Source of the DNA: a virus
Length of the DNA: 47,261 nucleotides
Direction: 5' to 3' (one strand)
Virus record (IMG/VR): IMGVR_UViG_3300012210_000003
Each line of letters opens with the position of its first letter. The first letter of the stretch is position 1. The notes under the pieces are model-generated. The model saw only the letters and a program-made list of their open reading frames with translations, made no database searches and was not told the DNA's origin. The position numbers and the translations under genes are program-made. Positions 9,075 through 17,324 of this stretch are shown piece by piece.

Positions 9075-9308
9075 ATGGCGACGAGTGAACAGTTGCGGGT
9101 CGAGTTGGTGGCGGTGTTGGTGCGGTATCGGCGGCGGATCAGTGACCGTGGTGGCGTGGTGCCGGAGGCGTGTGTGGGGGAGCTGGTGGCGGTCGCGGAG
9201 CGGCACACCGCCGGGTGGGCGCCGGATCCGGCGCCTGTGGCGGTGAAGCCACCGGTGCCGGGGCCCGGCCGCCGGCAGGTACGGCGCCCCGCCGAGCATC
9301 CGGCCTGA
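9075..9308 (+). CDS. hypothetical protein (77 aa)
   Basis: ATG 9075 is preceded by GGGAGGATGAGGG. In frame with track ORF 9015..9308. Confidence 0.6.
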   Translation: MATSEQLRVELVAVLVRYRRRISDRGGVVPEACVGELVAVAERHTAGWAPDPAPVAVKPPVPGPGRRQVRRPAEHPA

Positions 9309-9311
9309 CCG

Positions 9312-9332
9312 CCGATAAGTGGGTGTTATCGG
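9312..9332. terminator. Hairpin between convergent genes (left edge of accessory island)
   Basis: CCGATAA-gtgggtg-TTATCGG, a 7-bp stem with a 7-nt loop. Confidence 0.45.
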
Positions 9333-9343
9333 AGGTCAGATAG

Positions 9344-9454
9344 TCAGTAGGTGGCGACCCACCACACAGTGAACACGAGTGCGGCCACCACGGCCACGCC
9401 CCAATAGATCACCGTGAACCGGACCCAACCATCCAACTGTCGCCACCAGTTCAT
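9344..9454 (-). CDS. 36-aa single-pass membrane peptide (alternative 50-aa form from GTG 9493)
   Basis: Sequence MNWWRQLDGWVRFTVIYWGVAVVAALVFTVWWVATY. This is the C-terminal part of track ORF 9344..9661, whose upstream part would overlap the XRE gene. No clear Shine-Dalgarno. Confidence 0.4.
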   Translation of the reverse strand: MNWWRQLDGWVRFTVIYWGVAVVAALVFTVWWVATY

Positions 9455-9462
9455 CGCATTCT

Positions 9463-9478
9463 GATCTGTTAACAGATC
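9463..9478. promoter_or_regulatory. Perfect 16-bp palindrome GATCTGTTAACAGATC (operator-like)
   Basis: Self-complementary over 16/16 nt. Lies in the A/T-rich divergent spacer, 8 nt upstream of the peptide ATG. Confidence 0.6.
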
Positions 9479-9579
9479 GTTTGAATCAGCCACAGGATCA
9501 TCATGCTCCGCTGCCTCTTGAGCGTCAAGCGCATCAGGTGCGTGTTGTGCAGATATCAAAATGATGCGATGATGCCGGC

Positions 9580-10038
9580 ATGGCTGACGAGCAGCACAAG
9601 AACACGACCGGACCTGTGGGGGACGCCGTGGCCGCGAACGTGACCCGCATCCGTGACGCACAACACCTGACGTACGTCGATCTGTCCAAGCGGCTGACCG
9701 ACATCGACCGCCCGATCGCCGTCCTCGGCCTGCGACGCATCGAACGCGGCGAGCGTCGCGTGGATACCGATGACCTGCTGGCCTTGGCGGTCGCGCTGGG
9801 TGTGCACCCGGTCGACCTGCTCATCCCGGCGGACCTCGCCGACGACGCGCTGTACAGCGTCACGCCGGATGTCTCGATGACGGCTGGTCGCGCGCGGGAG
9901 TGGATCGCCGGCCGGAATTTCCTGGTCGAGCCGAGCGACCCGGTGGAACGAGCACGGATGCTCCAATCCCTGCCGCCCGAGCGGGCCGCGTCGTTCTGGG
10001 ACTTCGATCAGCAGCGCCATGGCAGACGACGACCCTGA
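9580..10038 (+). CDS. XRE/Cro-CI-family HTH regulator (152 aa)
   Basis: N-terminal ..IRDAQHLTYVDLSKRL...LGLRRIERGERRVDTDDLLALAVALGVHPVDLL matches the HTH_3-type pattern. Track ORF. Confidence 0.8.
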   Translation: MADEQHKNTTGPVGDAVAANVTRIRDAQHLTYVDLSKRLTDIDRPIAVLGLRRIERGERRVDTDDLLALAVALGVHPVDLLIPADLADDALYSVTPDVSMTAGRAREWIAGRNFLVEPSDPVERARMLQSLPPERAASFWDFDQQRHGRRRP

Positions 10039-10138
10039 CACCAAGACCCCTGACAACCCCCTCGAAGTCACTTCGGGTTTCGGGTCTCGGCCCAGACAAG
10101 GAACGCGCAGAACGCGACCGCGACGACGATCACCTCGG

Positions 10139-10435
10139 TCACCGCAGGATCCCGAACGTGAAATGCACAATCAACCACCCGAACAGCAACACCACCACCA
10201 CCGCCAACACCCAATGCTCCGGCGCCCACTGCCCCACCGGCTGGTTCGCGATCACGTCACCGATGCGCCACATCTGCGCCGACAGCGTGTTCTCCGAATG
10301 CCCGGACGCGATGGCGTACACCTCGGGCGGCAGGAACAGCACCAGCACGAAGAACCCGACGACGGACAGCCAGTACGCGGACCACGCGTTGTAGGGCACG
10401 TAGTCGATCGGCCGCGCCGGCAACACGCCGGTCAT
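10139..10435 (-). CDS. membrane protein (98 aa, about 3 hydrophobic helices)
   Basis: Track ORF. ATGA overlap with the upstream gene at 10432-10435. Hydrophobic stretches WLSVVGFFVLVLFL and WVLAVVVVLLFGWLIV. Confidence 0.7.
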   Translation of the reverse strand: MTGVLPARPIDYVPYNAWSAYWLSVVGFFVLVLFLPPEVYAIASGHSENTLSAQMWRIGDVIANQPVGQWAPEHWVLAVVVVLLFGWLIVHFTFGILR

Positions 10436-10980
10436 TGGGGTATCACCAGGCCGGTGTTGCGCTGCACCTGGATGTGCTCGTAGCAGTGCGGCGCCCCACC
10501 CAACATCGTGATCGCCTCACGCACCTCCGGTAGGGACTCGACCGGCTGCCCGGCCTGTTCGGCTGCCTTGCGTTCAGCGATGCACGGCAGACACATCATG
10601 CGCTGCGGCCGCTGCTCGGCCAGCGCTTGGGAGAACGTCTTGCGCTGGGAAATGTGGGTCATTACTGATCCTCTCATCTGGCTCGCCTCGGCCGGGTTCT
10701 CGCAGTCCCCGTGAAGCCACACCTTGTGCTTGTCAGAAGCCGTTGTGACGTCACAACGTTGCGGGCATTCCCGAGCGGCGTGATTCAGGGGCTCCCCGTT
10801 GCGGTCACGGCCGTCGGGAGCAGGCGCGTCGAGGATGCGCCGCGCCACGACCGCGGCTAGGTCCGGGGTGGACACGTCCACCCCGGGTTCGTCGAGACCA
10901 AGGCCGTCGAGCAGGCTCGCCCGGATCTTGTCCAGCGCTTCCCTGTAGATCCGCACGAGGTGTTCGGGTCCGCCCGCCAT
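10432..10980 (-). CDS. hypothetical Cys-containing protein (182 aa)
   Basis: Start set at ATG 10980-10978 (1-nt TGATG-type overlap with the upstream stop) instead of track start 11112. No recognisable domain. Confidence 0.6.
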   Translation of the reverse strand: MAGGPEHLVRIYREALDKIRASLLDGLGLDEPGVDVSTPDLAAVVARRILDAPAPDGRDRNGEPLNHAARECPQRCDVTTASDKHKVWLHGDCENPAEASQMRGSVMTHISQRKTFSQALAEQRPQRMMCLPCIAERKAAEQAGQPVESLPEVREAITMLGGAPHCYEHIQVQRNTGLVIPQ

Positions 10981-11195
10981 CACCGGGTCCTCTCCAGTTC
11001 GGCCTGCACGAGCAGGATTTTCGCGCGCGTGAGGTGCACGTCCGCCTCTTGGAGCAGGCCACCCACCTTCACTGTGTGCTGGCCGGTGAACTCCAGCAGC
11101 GACAGTTCCCACAGGCGTTGCGCTGCCTCGGTGTGGTCGTGCGCGGTCCAGTTTTTCCAGGTGGATGGGTCCTTACTCGGACGCTGAAAACTCAC
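10980..11195 (-). CDS. hypothetical protein (71 aa)
   Basis: Track ORF with a GTG start. Overlaps the upstream gene end by 23 nt. Confidence 0.45.
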   Translation of the reverse strand: MSFQRPSKDPSTWKNWTAHDHTEAAQRLWELSLLEFTGQHTVKVGGLLQEADVHLTRAKILLVQAELERTR

Positions 11196-11607
11196 CGACG
11201 TTCACCCCGCTCGCGGCGTCGATAGCATGCTGCCACTGCAACAGGAACCTCTCGAACAGGTGCTGCTGGCACGCCGCCCACGCGACACTGTCCTGCACCA
11301 GCTCCCGGCTCACCAACTGACGCCAGGAACCCTCACCAGTCTCGTAGGTGACCTCCGCACTGCCGGGCAGGTCGACGCTGTTGATGACCGACCACCACAC
11401 GTCCAGGACACCCAACGCCTTACGCGGTACCCACAGGAACTCGTACGGTGCCGGTTCGATGAACGACCGCTCGTCCATCGCCAGTTTCAACCGCTGTCCG
11501 TCCGGCAGCCGGCGGGTGACCCGGGCCATGGAGCGGTTCTCGGTGAACAGGTAGTCGCCGCCGCTGGTTTCGACCGTGTCGGTGTCCGGGTTGTAGCCGG
11601 TGATCAC
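11173..11607 (-). CDS. hypothetical protein (144 aa)
   Basis: Start set at GTG 11607-11605 (GTGA overlap with the HTH gene stop at 11604-11606). In frame with track ORF 11173..11661. Confidence 0.6.
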   Translation of the reverse strand: MITGYNPDTDTVETSGGDYLFTENRSMARVTRRLPDGQRLKLAMDERSFIEPAPYEFLWVPRKALGVLDVWWSVINSVDLPGSAEVTYETGEGSWRQLVSRELVQDSVAWAACQQHLFERFLLQWQHAIDAASGVNVGEFSASE

Positions 11608-11834
11608 GCGCTCTCCTTCGAGGTCAATTCGGCGAGGATCAACGCGGTCGACACCCGCCACCCGCCACCTACTTTCATGACACGCACCGGAAAAGTACCA
11701 GCCGATGCCATCTCGTACGCCGTAGTCCGGCTCAGTCCGAAAACAAGGCCCGCTGTCACCAGGTCGACCACTGCCGGAAACTGCCGAACTTCATCAATGG
11801 TGTAGGTAGCAGGTGTCCTCATGCCGGCCAGCAT
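11604..11834 (-). CDS. excisionase/AlpA-type (HTH_17-like) DNA-binding protein
   Basis: GLSRTTAYEMASAGTFPVRVMKVGGGWRVSTALILAEL fits the Xis/MerR-superfamily winged HTH. Codon third positions are markedly A/T-rich. Confidence 0.7.
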   Translation of the reverse strand: MLAGMRTPATYTIDEVRQFPAVVDLVTAGLVFGLSRTTAYEMASAGTFPVRVMKVGGGWRVSTALILAELTSKESA

Positions 11835-11848
11835 AGCCTACGTACCAA

Positions 11849-11864
11849 GCAATCCCAGGATTGC
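11849..11864. promoter_or_regulatory. Inverted repeat GCAATCC-ca-GGATTGC in a divergent promoter region
   Basis: 7-bp arms with a 2-nt spacer. Lies 14 nt upstream of the leftward HTH gene start, between divergent genes. Confidence 0.5.
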
Positions 11865-11956
11865 CGACTCGTCCACACGCGACTTACCTTCCGCACAAAC
11901 CAGCGCGCGATCTTCACCCGCCTGCTGGCGCCACGCGCACGCGGAAGGGGGACGTC

Positions 11957-12652
11957 ATGCCAGAGCCGCAGACGTCACCCCCCAATGCAGATGACAACCT
12001 CGTCATGGTCGAGGTCTACGGTTTACGCGCCGTCGTCAAGCGCGCCGAGTACGAGCGCTGGGCGTGGGGGCTCGACGTGTCGGCGATCCGACAGGACCTC
12101 ATGGCCGACCAGTGCGCGATCGCTGTCGCCGATCGACGCTGCTCCCGAGGCGCCATTGAGGACTTCGGTGTTCTGAGACTCTGCTGGCAGCATCATGAGA
12201 AGCTCATAGCCGGCTTCAGGCAGGCACTTCGCAAGGACGACGCGCTGCTTGCTGCTGCTCGACAGGTCATAGCGGACAAGGACGCGACCGGTCGCTCGCG
12301 GCAGCAAACCGAGCGGGATGTTCGCCTCAAGCAGGACAGCGTCGTCTACTTCGTCGAGCGCGACGGTTTCGTCAAGATCGGCTACTCGTCTGACCTTGTG
12401 AAGCGACTCGCTGCTATTGGTCGCGGGAACTCAATGCCAGCCGGAATGTCGGTGGGTCCGGTTCGCCTACTCGCCACGATGCCCGGTGCGCGGCCGAAGG
12501 AAGGCTACCTCCACCGCAACTTCGATTACCTACGGCTCGGCGGTAGCGAGTGGTTCCTGCTCGACAACGACCTATGGACCTTCATCACCGGACTGAAGGG
12601 ATACACGGGCGAACCGCGCATCACTGCTGAATCACTGGTCGGTGCGCGATGA
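11957..12652 (+). CDS. T5orf172 / GIY-YIG-superfamily domain protein
   Basis: C-terminal VYFVERDGFVKIGYSSDLVKRLAAI ... VRLLATMPG...EGYLHRNF...RLGGSEWF matches the T5orf172 pattern (from memory). ATG 11957 follows AAGGGGGA. Lower G+C. Confidence 0.7.
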   Translation: MPEPQTSPPNADDNLVMVEVYGLRAVVKRAEYERWAWGLDVSAIRQDLMADQCAIAVADRRCSRGAIEDFGVLRLCWQHHEKLIAGFRQALRKDDALLAAARQVIADKDATGRSRQQTERDVRLKQDSVVYFVERDGFVKIGYSSDLVKRLAAIGRGNSMPAGMSVGPVRLLATMPGARPKEGYLHRNFDYLRLGGSEWFLLDNDLWTFITGLKGYTGEPRITAESLVGAR

Positions 12653-12936
12653 CGTTGAGCATCGTGTGGGCGCCCCGCACACCCGGCGCGCCCCCCGGAC
12701 GTCTCGCCCGCTGGACCCGCGCGCTGGCCAACACCACCAAGACCATCGCCGCCGCCGCCGTCACCCCACACCGCGCCGCGCTCAGCCGCGTCCGCGACAT
12801 GCCGTTGTCCCTCACCGGGACCGCACTCATCGACTGGGCCAGCTTCCACGTCAACACCGGCGTCGGCCTACTCGCCACCGGCCTGTCCCTGTGGCTCGTC
12901 GAACATTTGCTCAGCGACAACGACGACCCGGCATGA
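12649..12936 (+). CDS. hypothetical protein with C-terminal hydrophobic helix (95 aa)
   Basis: Track ORF. ATGA overlaps at both ends (12649-12652 and 12933-12936). Confidence 0.6.
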   Translation: MTLSIVWAPRTPGAPPGRLARWTRALANTTKTIAAAAVTPHRAALSRVRDMPLSLTGTALIDWASFHVNTGVGLLATGLSLWLVEHLLSDNDDPA

Positions 12937-14327
12937 AATCCGGGCTGCGCCGGCTGGTCGCCCAAAAAACCCCCGTCCCCCTCGCCCCCGCCGGCAACGG
13001 CTCCGGCGCCATGCGCATGTCCCTGGTCGGTGGCACCGCCAACAACGACACCTACCTGCGTGCCTACAGCCGCAACGGCACCGTCTACAGCATCGTCTCC
13101 CTGCTCGCCGAAAAAGCGGCCAGTGTCCGGTGGCGGCTGTACAAGAAACAACCCGTCGACGGACGCCGCCGCTACACCACCAGCGACGCCGGCTCCGACC
13201 AACGCACCGAAGTCACAGTGCACCCCGCACTGAAGCTGTGGAACAAACCCAACAACTTTTTCACCGGCTTCGAATACCGCGAAGGCTCAAACCAACACTG
13301 GGAATTGACCGGCGAAACCTTCTGGATCTGCGACCGCGAAAACGCGCTCGGCATGCCCACCTCCATGTGGTACATCAACCCCGGCCGCATGACACCAGTC
13401 CCCGACCCCGAAGAATACTTGATCGGCTGGATCTACACCGGACCCAACGGGGAACAATACCCGATCCCCCTCCGCAATGTGATCCTGGAGAAAAGCCCCG
13501 ACCCCATCGACGGATACCGGGGTTCCGGGCCGGTCGCACCCATCCTCGCCAATTTGGACGCGCAGAGGTACGCCACCGAATACCAGCGGAACCTGTTCGT
13601 CAACGGCGCCGACACCGGCGGTGTCCTCTCCTACGACGGCGAGTTGACCGACCCACAGTTCGAGGCGTTGGTGAAGCGGTGGCGGGAGCAACACCAAGGC
13701 GTCGCCCGCGCCGGCGCGGTCGGCGTGCTGGAGAACGGCATCACGTGGCAGCCCCGTGGTGTCACGAACAAAGACATGGAATACGGCAACCTCAGGTTGG
13801 CGAACCGGGACGAGATCCGGGAAGCGTGGCGCATCCACAAAGCCATGTTGGGCACCACCGATGACGTCAACCGCGCCAACGCCGAAACCGCCGACGAAAT
13901 CTTCTCCGGTACCCTGCTGATTCCCCGGCTGAACCGGCGCCGGGAAACGGTGAACCACAAGCTGTTGCCGATGTTCGGGGACGACACCGTCGAGTTCGAC
14001 TATGACTCGCCGATGGTGCTCGACAAGGAGCAGGAAAACGCGGAACTCACCGCGAAAGCGAACGCGTGGGCCACCCTGGTCAACGCCGGCGCGGATCCGC
14101 ACGACGCGGCCGAAATCGTGGGGCTGCCGGACATGGACATGGTCGAGACCGCGACGCAGGCGCCCGCCCTGCCGCCGGGCTGGACATCGGCGACACCGCC
14201 GGCATCGGGCGGGCCGGTTGACCCGGACGAACAGGCCGCCACAGCAGTCGCCGGGTTGCTACGCCGACAGATGCGGCCCTTCACCGTGCGGGCGCTACCC
14301 GCTGCGGCACAGAACCGGAGGCGATGA
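12933..14327 (+). CDS. portal protein (HK97-type)
   Basis: Start moved to ATG 12933, in frame with track ORF 12642..14327. Size, position upstream of protease and capsid, and overall sequence pattern fit a portal. Confidence 0.85.
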   Translation: MKSGLRRLVAQKTPVPLAPAGNGSGAMRMSLVGGTANNDTYLRAYSRNGTVYSIVSLLAEKAASVRWRLYKKQPVDGRRRYTTSDAGSDQRTEVTVHPALKLWNKPNNFFTGFEYREGSNQHWELTGETFWICDRENALGMPTSMWYINPGRMTPVPDPEEYLIGWIYTGPNGEQYPIPLRNVILEKSPDPIDGYRGSGPVAPILANLDAQRYATEYQRNLFVNGADTGGVLSYDGELTDPQFEALVKRWREQHQGVARAGAVGVLENGITWQPRGVTNKDMEYGNLRLANRDEIREAWRIHKAMLGTTDDVNRANAETADEIFSGTLLIPRLNRRRETVNHKLLPMFGDDTVEFDYDSPMVLDKEQENAELTAKANAWATLVNAGADPHDAAEIVGLPDMDMVETATQAPALPPGWTSATPPASGGPVDPDEQAATAVAGLLRRQMRPFTVRALPAAAQNRRR

Positions 14328-14330
14328 GTC

Positions 14331-15749
14331 GTGGAACCCAAGCGCTGGTACCGAATCCAGAACCTTTCCAGCGGCATCACGGATGTGTCGATCTTCGACG
14401 AGATCGGCATCATGGGTGTCACCGCACAGGACTTCCTGGCGGACCTCCCCTCCGGTCGCGGCCCGCTGCTGCTGCACCTGAATTCGGGCGGCGGCGAGGT
14501 GTTCGAGGGTTTGGCGATCTATCACGCCCTGCGTAACCGGGGGAACGTCACCGTGCGGGTGGAGGGTGTCGCCGCGTCGATCGCGTCGGTGATCGCGATG
14601 GCCGCCGACCCCGGCAAGCTGGAGATCGCGAAACGCGCCTCCATGATGATCCACAACGGGTTCGCGCAGCAGGTCGGCGACGCCAACGACATGCGCAAAA
14701 TGGCCGACGTCCTTGAGGCGCAAACCCGGAACATCGCCGGCGTCTACGCCGACCGCACCGGCATCCCGGCCGACGTGTGGACCGGCAGGATGCAGGCCGA
14801 AACCTGGTACATCGGGCAGCAGGCCGTCGACGTTGGCCTGGCTGACCGGGTCGTGGACGTCGACCAGGCCGGCATGCCCTCCGGGGGCAACGGGAACCTG
14901 GATCGGGTCGCGGCCCGCATGGTGGTGCTGGTCAATTCGGACGGCACGCACACGGCGATGGAGGGTACCCACACGCACGGTGCGGCCGGCACCCACACCC
15001 ACCACGGCGACGCCAACCACACCACCACGAACGCCAATGGCGGCGGCCGGCCAGTGGACCGCGCCAAGGCTGTCCTGATCGCCGCCGGGTTCAGCGAAGC
15101 CGACACCGCCGCGCTCCTCGTCGCCGAGGGCGGCAAGGGCGCGGCCGGCGACGGCAAGGGCGCCGCGCTGGGCACCCCCGCCAGCAAAGGCTGGTACCAC
15201 CGCGACGGCAAGTGCGTGTTCGACCCCGACGGCGACGGCGACAACGACGCCACCCCCGAAGGCGACACCGATCACGACTTCTTCACCGCCGACGGGGAAC
15301 AAACCAAAGCCATCCCGGACTGCCCCGACCACCCCGGCACCGGGAAACCCATGCCCACCAACCAGTTGGCCACCACCCTGTTCGCCACGACCACCGCCGA
15401 CACGTCCCCATGGGACGCGTCGAAAGCCTGGCACTCCGGCGCCAACTCCGACGACCCCGCCGCGTTCTACAAGGGGATCTGCGCCGGCCGCCGCTCCGGT
15501 GACCCGTCCAACCAGGACTCGTGGGCGCTGCCCTACCGGTACAGCCCGAGTTCACTACCCAACGCCGCTGGTGTCCGGGCCGCGCTCGGGCGGCTGTCAT
15601 CCACCCACGGGCTGACCAACAGCACGGAAGCCCGCTCCAAATTGGAAGGGCTCATGAAGAAGATCAACCCCGATTACGAGCCGTCCGATCTGGACACATC
15701 AGTGATCCAGTCGCTGCTCGTCTCAGCCCTCGAAGGGGGTAGGCGGTAA
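14331..15749 (+). CDS. ClpP-like (S14) prohead protease with long C-terminal extension (possible scaffold)
   Basis: NSGGGEVFEGLAIYHAL ... GVAASIASVIAMA ... MIHN blocks. The C-terminal ~280 aa include a His/Thr-rich stretch. Confidence 0.85.
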   Translation: MEPKRWYRIQNLSSGITDVSIFDEIGIMGVTAQDFLADLPSGRGPLLLHLNSGGGEVFEGLAIYHALRNRGNVTVRVEGVAASIASVIAMAADPGKLEIAKRASMMIHNGFAQQVGDANDMRKMADVLEAQTRNIAGVYADRTGIPADVWTGRMQAETWYIGQQAVDVGLADRVVDVDQAGMPSGGNGNLDRVAARMVVLVNSDGTHTAMEGTHTHGAAGTHTHHGDANHTTTNANGGGRPVDRAKAVLIAAGFSEADTAALLVAEGGKGAAGDGKGAALGTPASKGWYHRDGKCVFDPDGDGDNDATPEGDTDHDFFTADGEQTKAIPDCPDHPGTGKPMPTNQLATTLFATTTADTSPWDASKAWHSGANSDDPAAFYKGICAGRRSGDPSNQDSWALPYRYSPSSLPNAAGVRAALGRLSSTHGLTNSTEARSKLEGLMKKINPDYEPSDLDTSVIQSLLVSALEGGRR

Positions 15750-17203
15750 TGACTGTGGCACTCGTGGTGCCGGACACGGCAGACGGTCTGGTCGAGGCGA
15801 TCTCCGACCCGACCAAGGTCAAGGAATGGTTCTCGCAGTCCGCGGTCACCAACGGCGACACGAAGCGGTTCCTCGACAAGTACGCCGAGTTCGCCAGCAA
15901 GAAGAACCCCGGCACGACCGAGGACATGCAAACCCAGGTCAAGTCCGTGTTCTTCGACCTGATGCGGGAGAACGGTTTCGCCGGGTCCAGCAAGGACCTG
16001 GGCAAGCAGTTGGCGTTCCGGTCCGACGGGCGCCCAGCCCTCAACCTGTCCGCCAGCGGCTCGGCTGCGGTCGCCCGCGGCAAGGGCGCCGTGTACAACC
16101 GCACGTCGGCCGGCGCGGTGTTTGAGGCGAAGTTCCGGGAGGAGGACCGGTTCGGCACGATCGGCGAATATCTTCAGGCGATCAAGGAGGAACGCGCGCC
16201 GACCGCGAACCTCAAGCGGAAGGACCTACTGCAGAAGCTGGAGAACGTCCGCACCTTCCAGTCCTCGTTCGGCTCGGAGGACCCGGGCGCCGGCGGCTTC
16301 TTGATCCCGGAGCTGATGCGGTCGGATCTGATGATGCTGGCGATCGAGGAAGCCGTCGTGCGGCCCCGCGCCACGGTGATCCCGATGTCGACGCTGCGGG
16401 TGCCGGTCCCGACGGTGGACGACACCAGCCACGCCTCAAGCTTGTTCGGCGGCGTGGTATGGAACTGGACCGAGGAAGCCAGCAGTATCACCGAGTCGCA
16501 GGCCACGTTCGGGCGGGTCGTGCTCGACGCGAAGAAGCTGGCGGGGTTCTTCAAGGTCCCCAACGAGCTACTCGCGGACGCCCCCGCGTTCTCCAGCTTC
16601 TTCGACGCGGTGATCCCGAAGGGCCTGGCGTGGCAGGAAGACCTCGCGTTCATGACCGAAACCGGCGCTGGCACGCCGGAGGGGTTCATCAACTCGCCGG
16701 CCAGCGTGCAGCAGGCGGCTGAGGCCGGTCAGACGGCGGGCACGATCGTGTGGGAGAACATCGTCAAGATGTACGCCCGCATGCTGCCCACCTCCCTGAA
16801 GAACGCGGTGTGGGTCGCGGCGATCGACACGTTCCCCCAGTTGGCCACGATGGCGCTGTCCGTCGGTACCGGTGGTGGTCCGGTGTGGATCGGTGGCCCC
16901 AACCAGCCCGGCTCCGACGGGCCACCCGTCACCATCCTGGGCCGGCCGGTGATCTTCACGGAGAAGGCACCGGCGTTGGGCACGACCGGGGACATCAACT
17001 TCGTGGACCTGTCGTATTACCTGATCGGTGACCGGCAGGCCGTCGCCGTCGCCGCGTCCGAGCACGCGTTCTTCCAGAACGACCAGGTCGCCTATCGGAT
17101 CATCGAGCGGGTCGACGGCCGGCCGTGGTTGCAGTCCGCGCTGACCCCGCACAACGGGTCCGCGAACACCCTGTCCGCGTTCGTGCAGCTCGCCAGCCGG
17201 TAA
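15749..17203 (+). CDS. major capsid protein (HK97 fold)
   Basis: 484 aa. TAATG overlap with the protease gene. N-terminal delta-like region. A strong hairpin follows the gene. Confidence 0.85.
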   Translation: MTVALVVPDTADGLVEAISDPTKVKEWFSQSAVTNGDTKRFLDKYAEFASKKNPGTTEDMQTQVKSVFFDLMRENGFAGSSKDLGKQLAFRSDGRPALNLSASGSAAVARGKGAVYNRTSAGAVFEAKFREEDRFGTIGEYLQAIKEERAPTANLKRKDLLQKLENVRTFQSSFGSEDPGAGGFLIPELMRSDLMMLAIEEAVVRPRATVIPMSTLRVPVPTVDDTSHASSLFGGVVWNWTEEASSITESQATFGRVVLDAKKLAGFFKVPNELLADAPAFSSFFDAVIPKGLAWQEDLAFMTETGAGTPEGFINSPASVQQAAEAGQTAGTIVWENIVKMYARMLPTSLKNAVWVAAIDTFPQLATMALSVGTGGGPVWIGGPNQPGSDGPPVTILGRPVIFTEKAPALGTTGDINFVDLSYYLIGDRQAVAVAASEHAFFQNDQVAYRIIERVDGRPWLQSALTPHNGSANTLSAFVQLASR

Positions 17204-17215
17204 CACGTACAGGTA

Positions 17216-17258
17216 GGACGGTGCCCCCGGCTCAACCGGGGTCGGGGATCCACCGTCC
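17216..17258 (+). terminator. Compound stem-loop downstream of the capsid gene
   Basis: Outer stem GGACGGTG ... CACCGTCC encloses an inner stem CCCCGG-ctcaa-CCGGGG. Confidence 0.6.
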
Positions 17259-17324
17259 GAGTAGGCAAGCCAGGCAGCGGCGCCCCTGGCTCACGACCGA
17301 GCCGATAGCGGAAAAGAGACTGTC

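Noticed and set aside
9455-9661. The 105-aa version of the minus ORF 9344..9661.
   Set aside because: Its upstream part would run through the A/T-rich promoter spacer and into the XRE gene. Only the C-terminal transmembrane segment looks like coding sequence.
10039-10138. A direct repeat CCCTGACA x2 and a weak hairpin (CGAAG-tca-CTTCG) between the convergent XRE and membrane genes.
   Set aside because: The stem is only 5-7 bp with a wobble pair, which is not enough to call a terminator.
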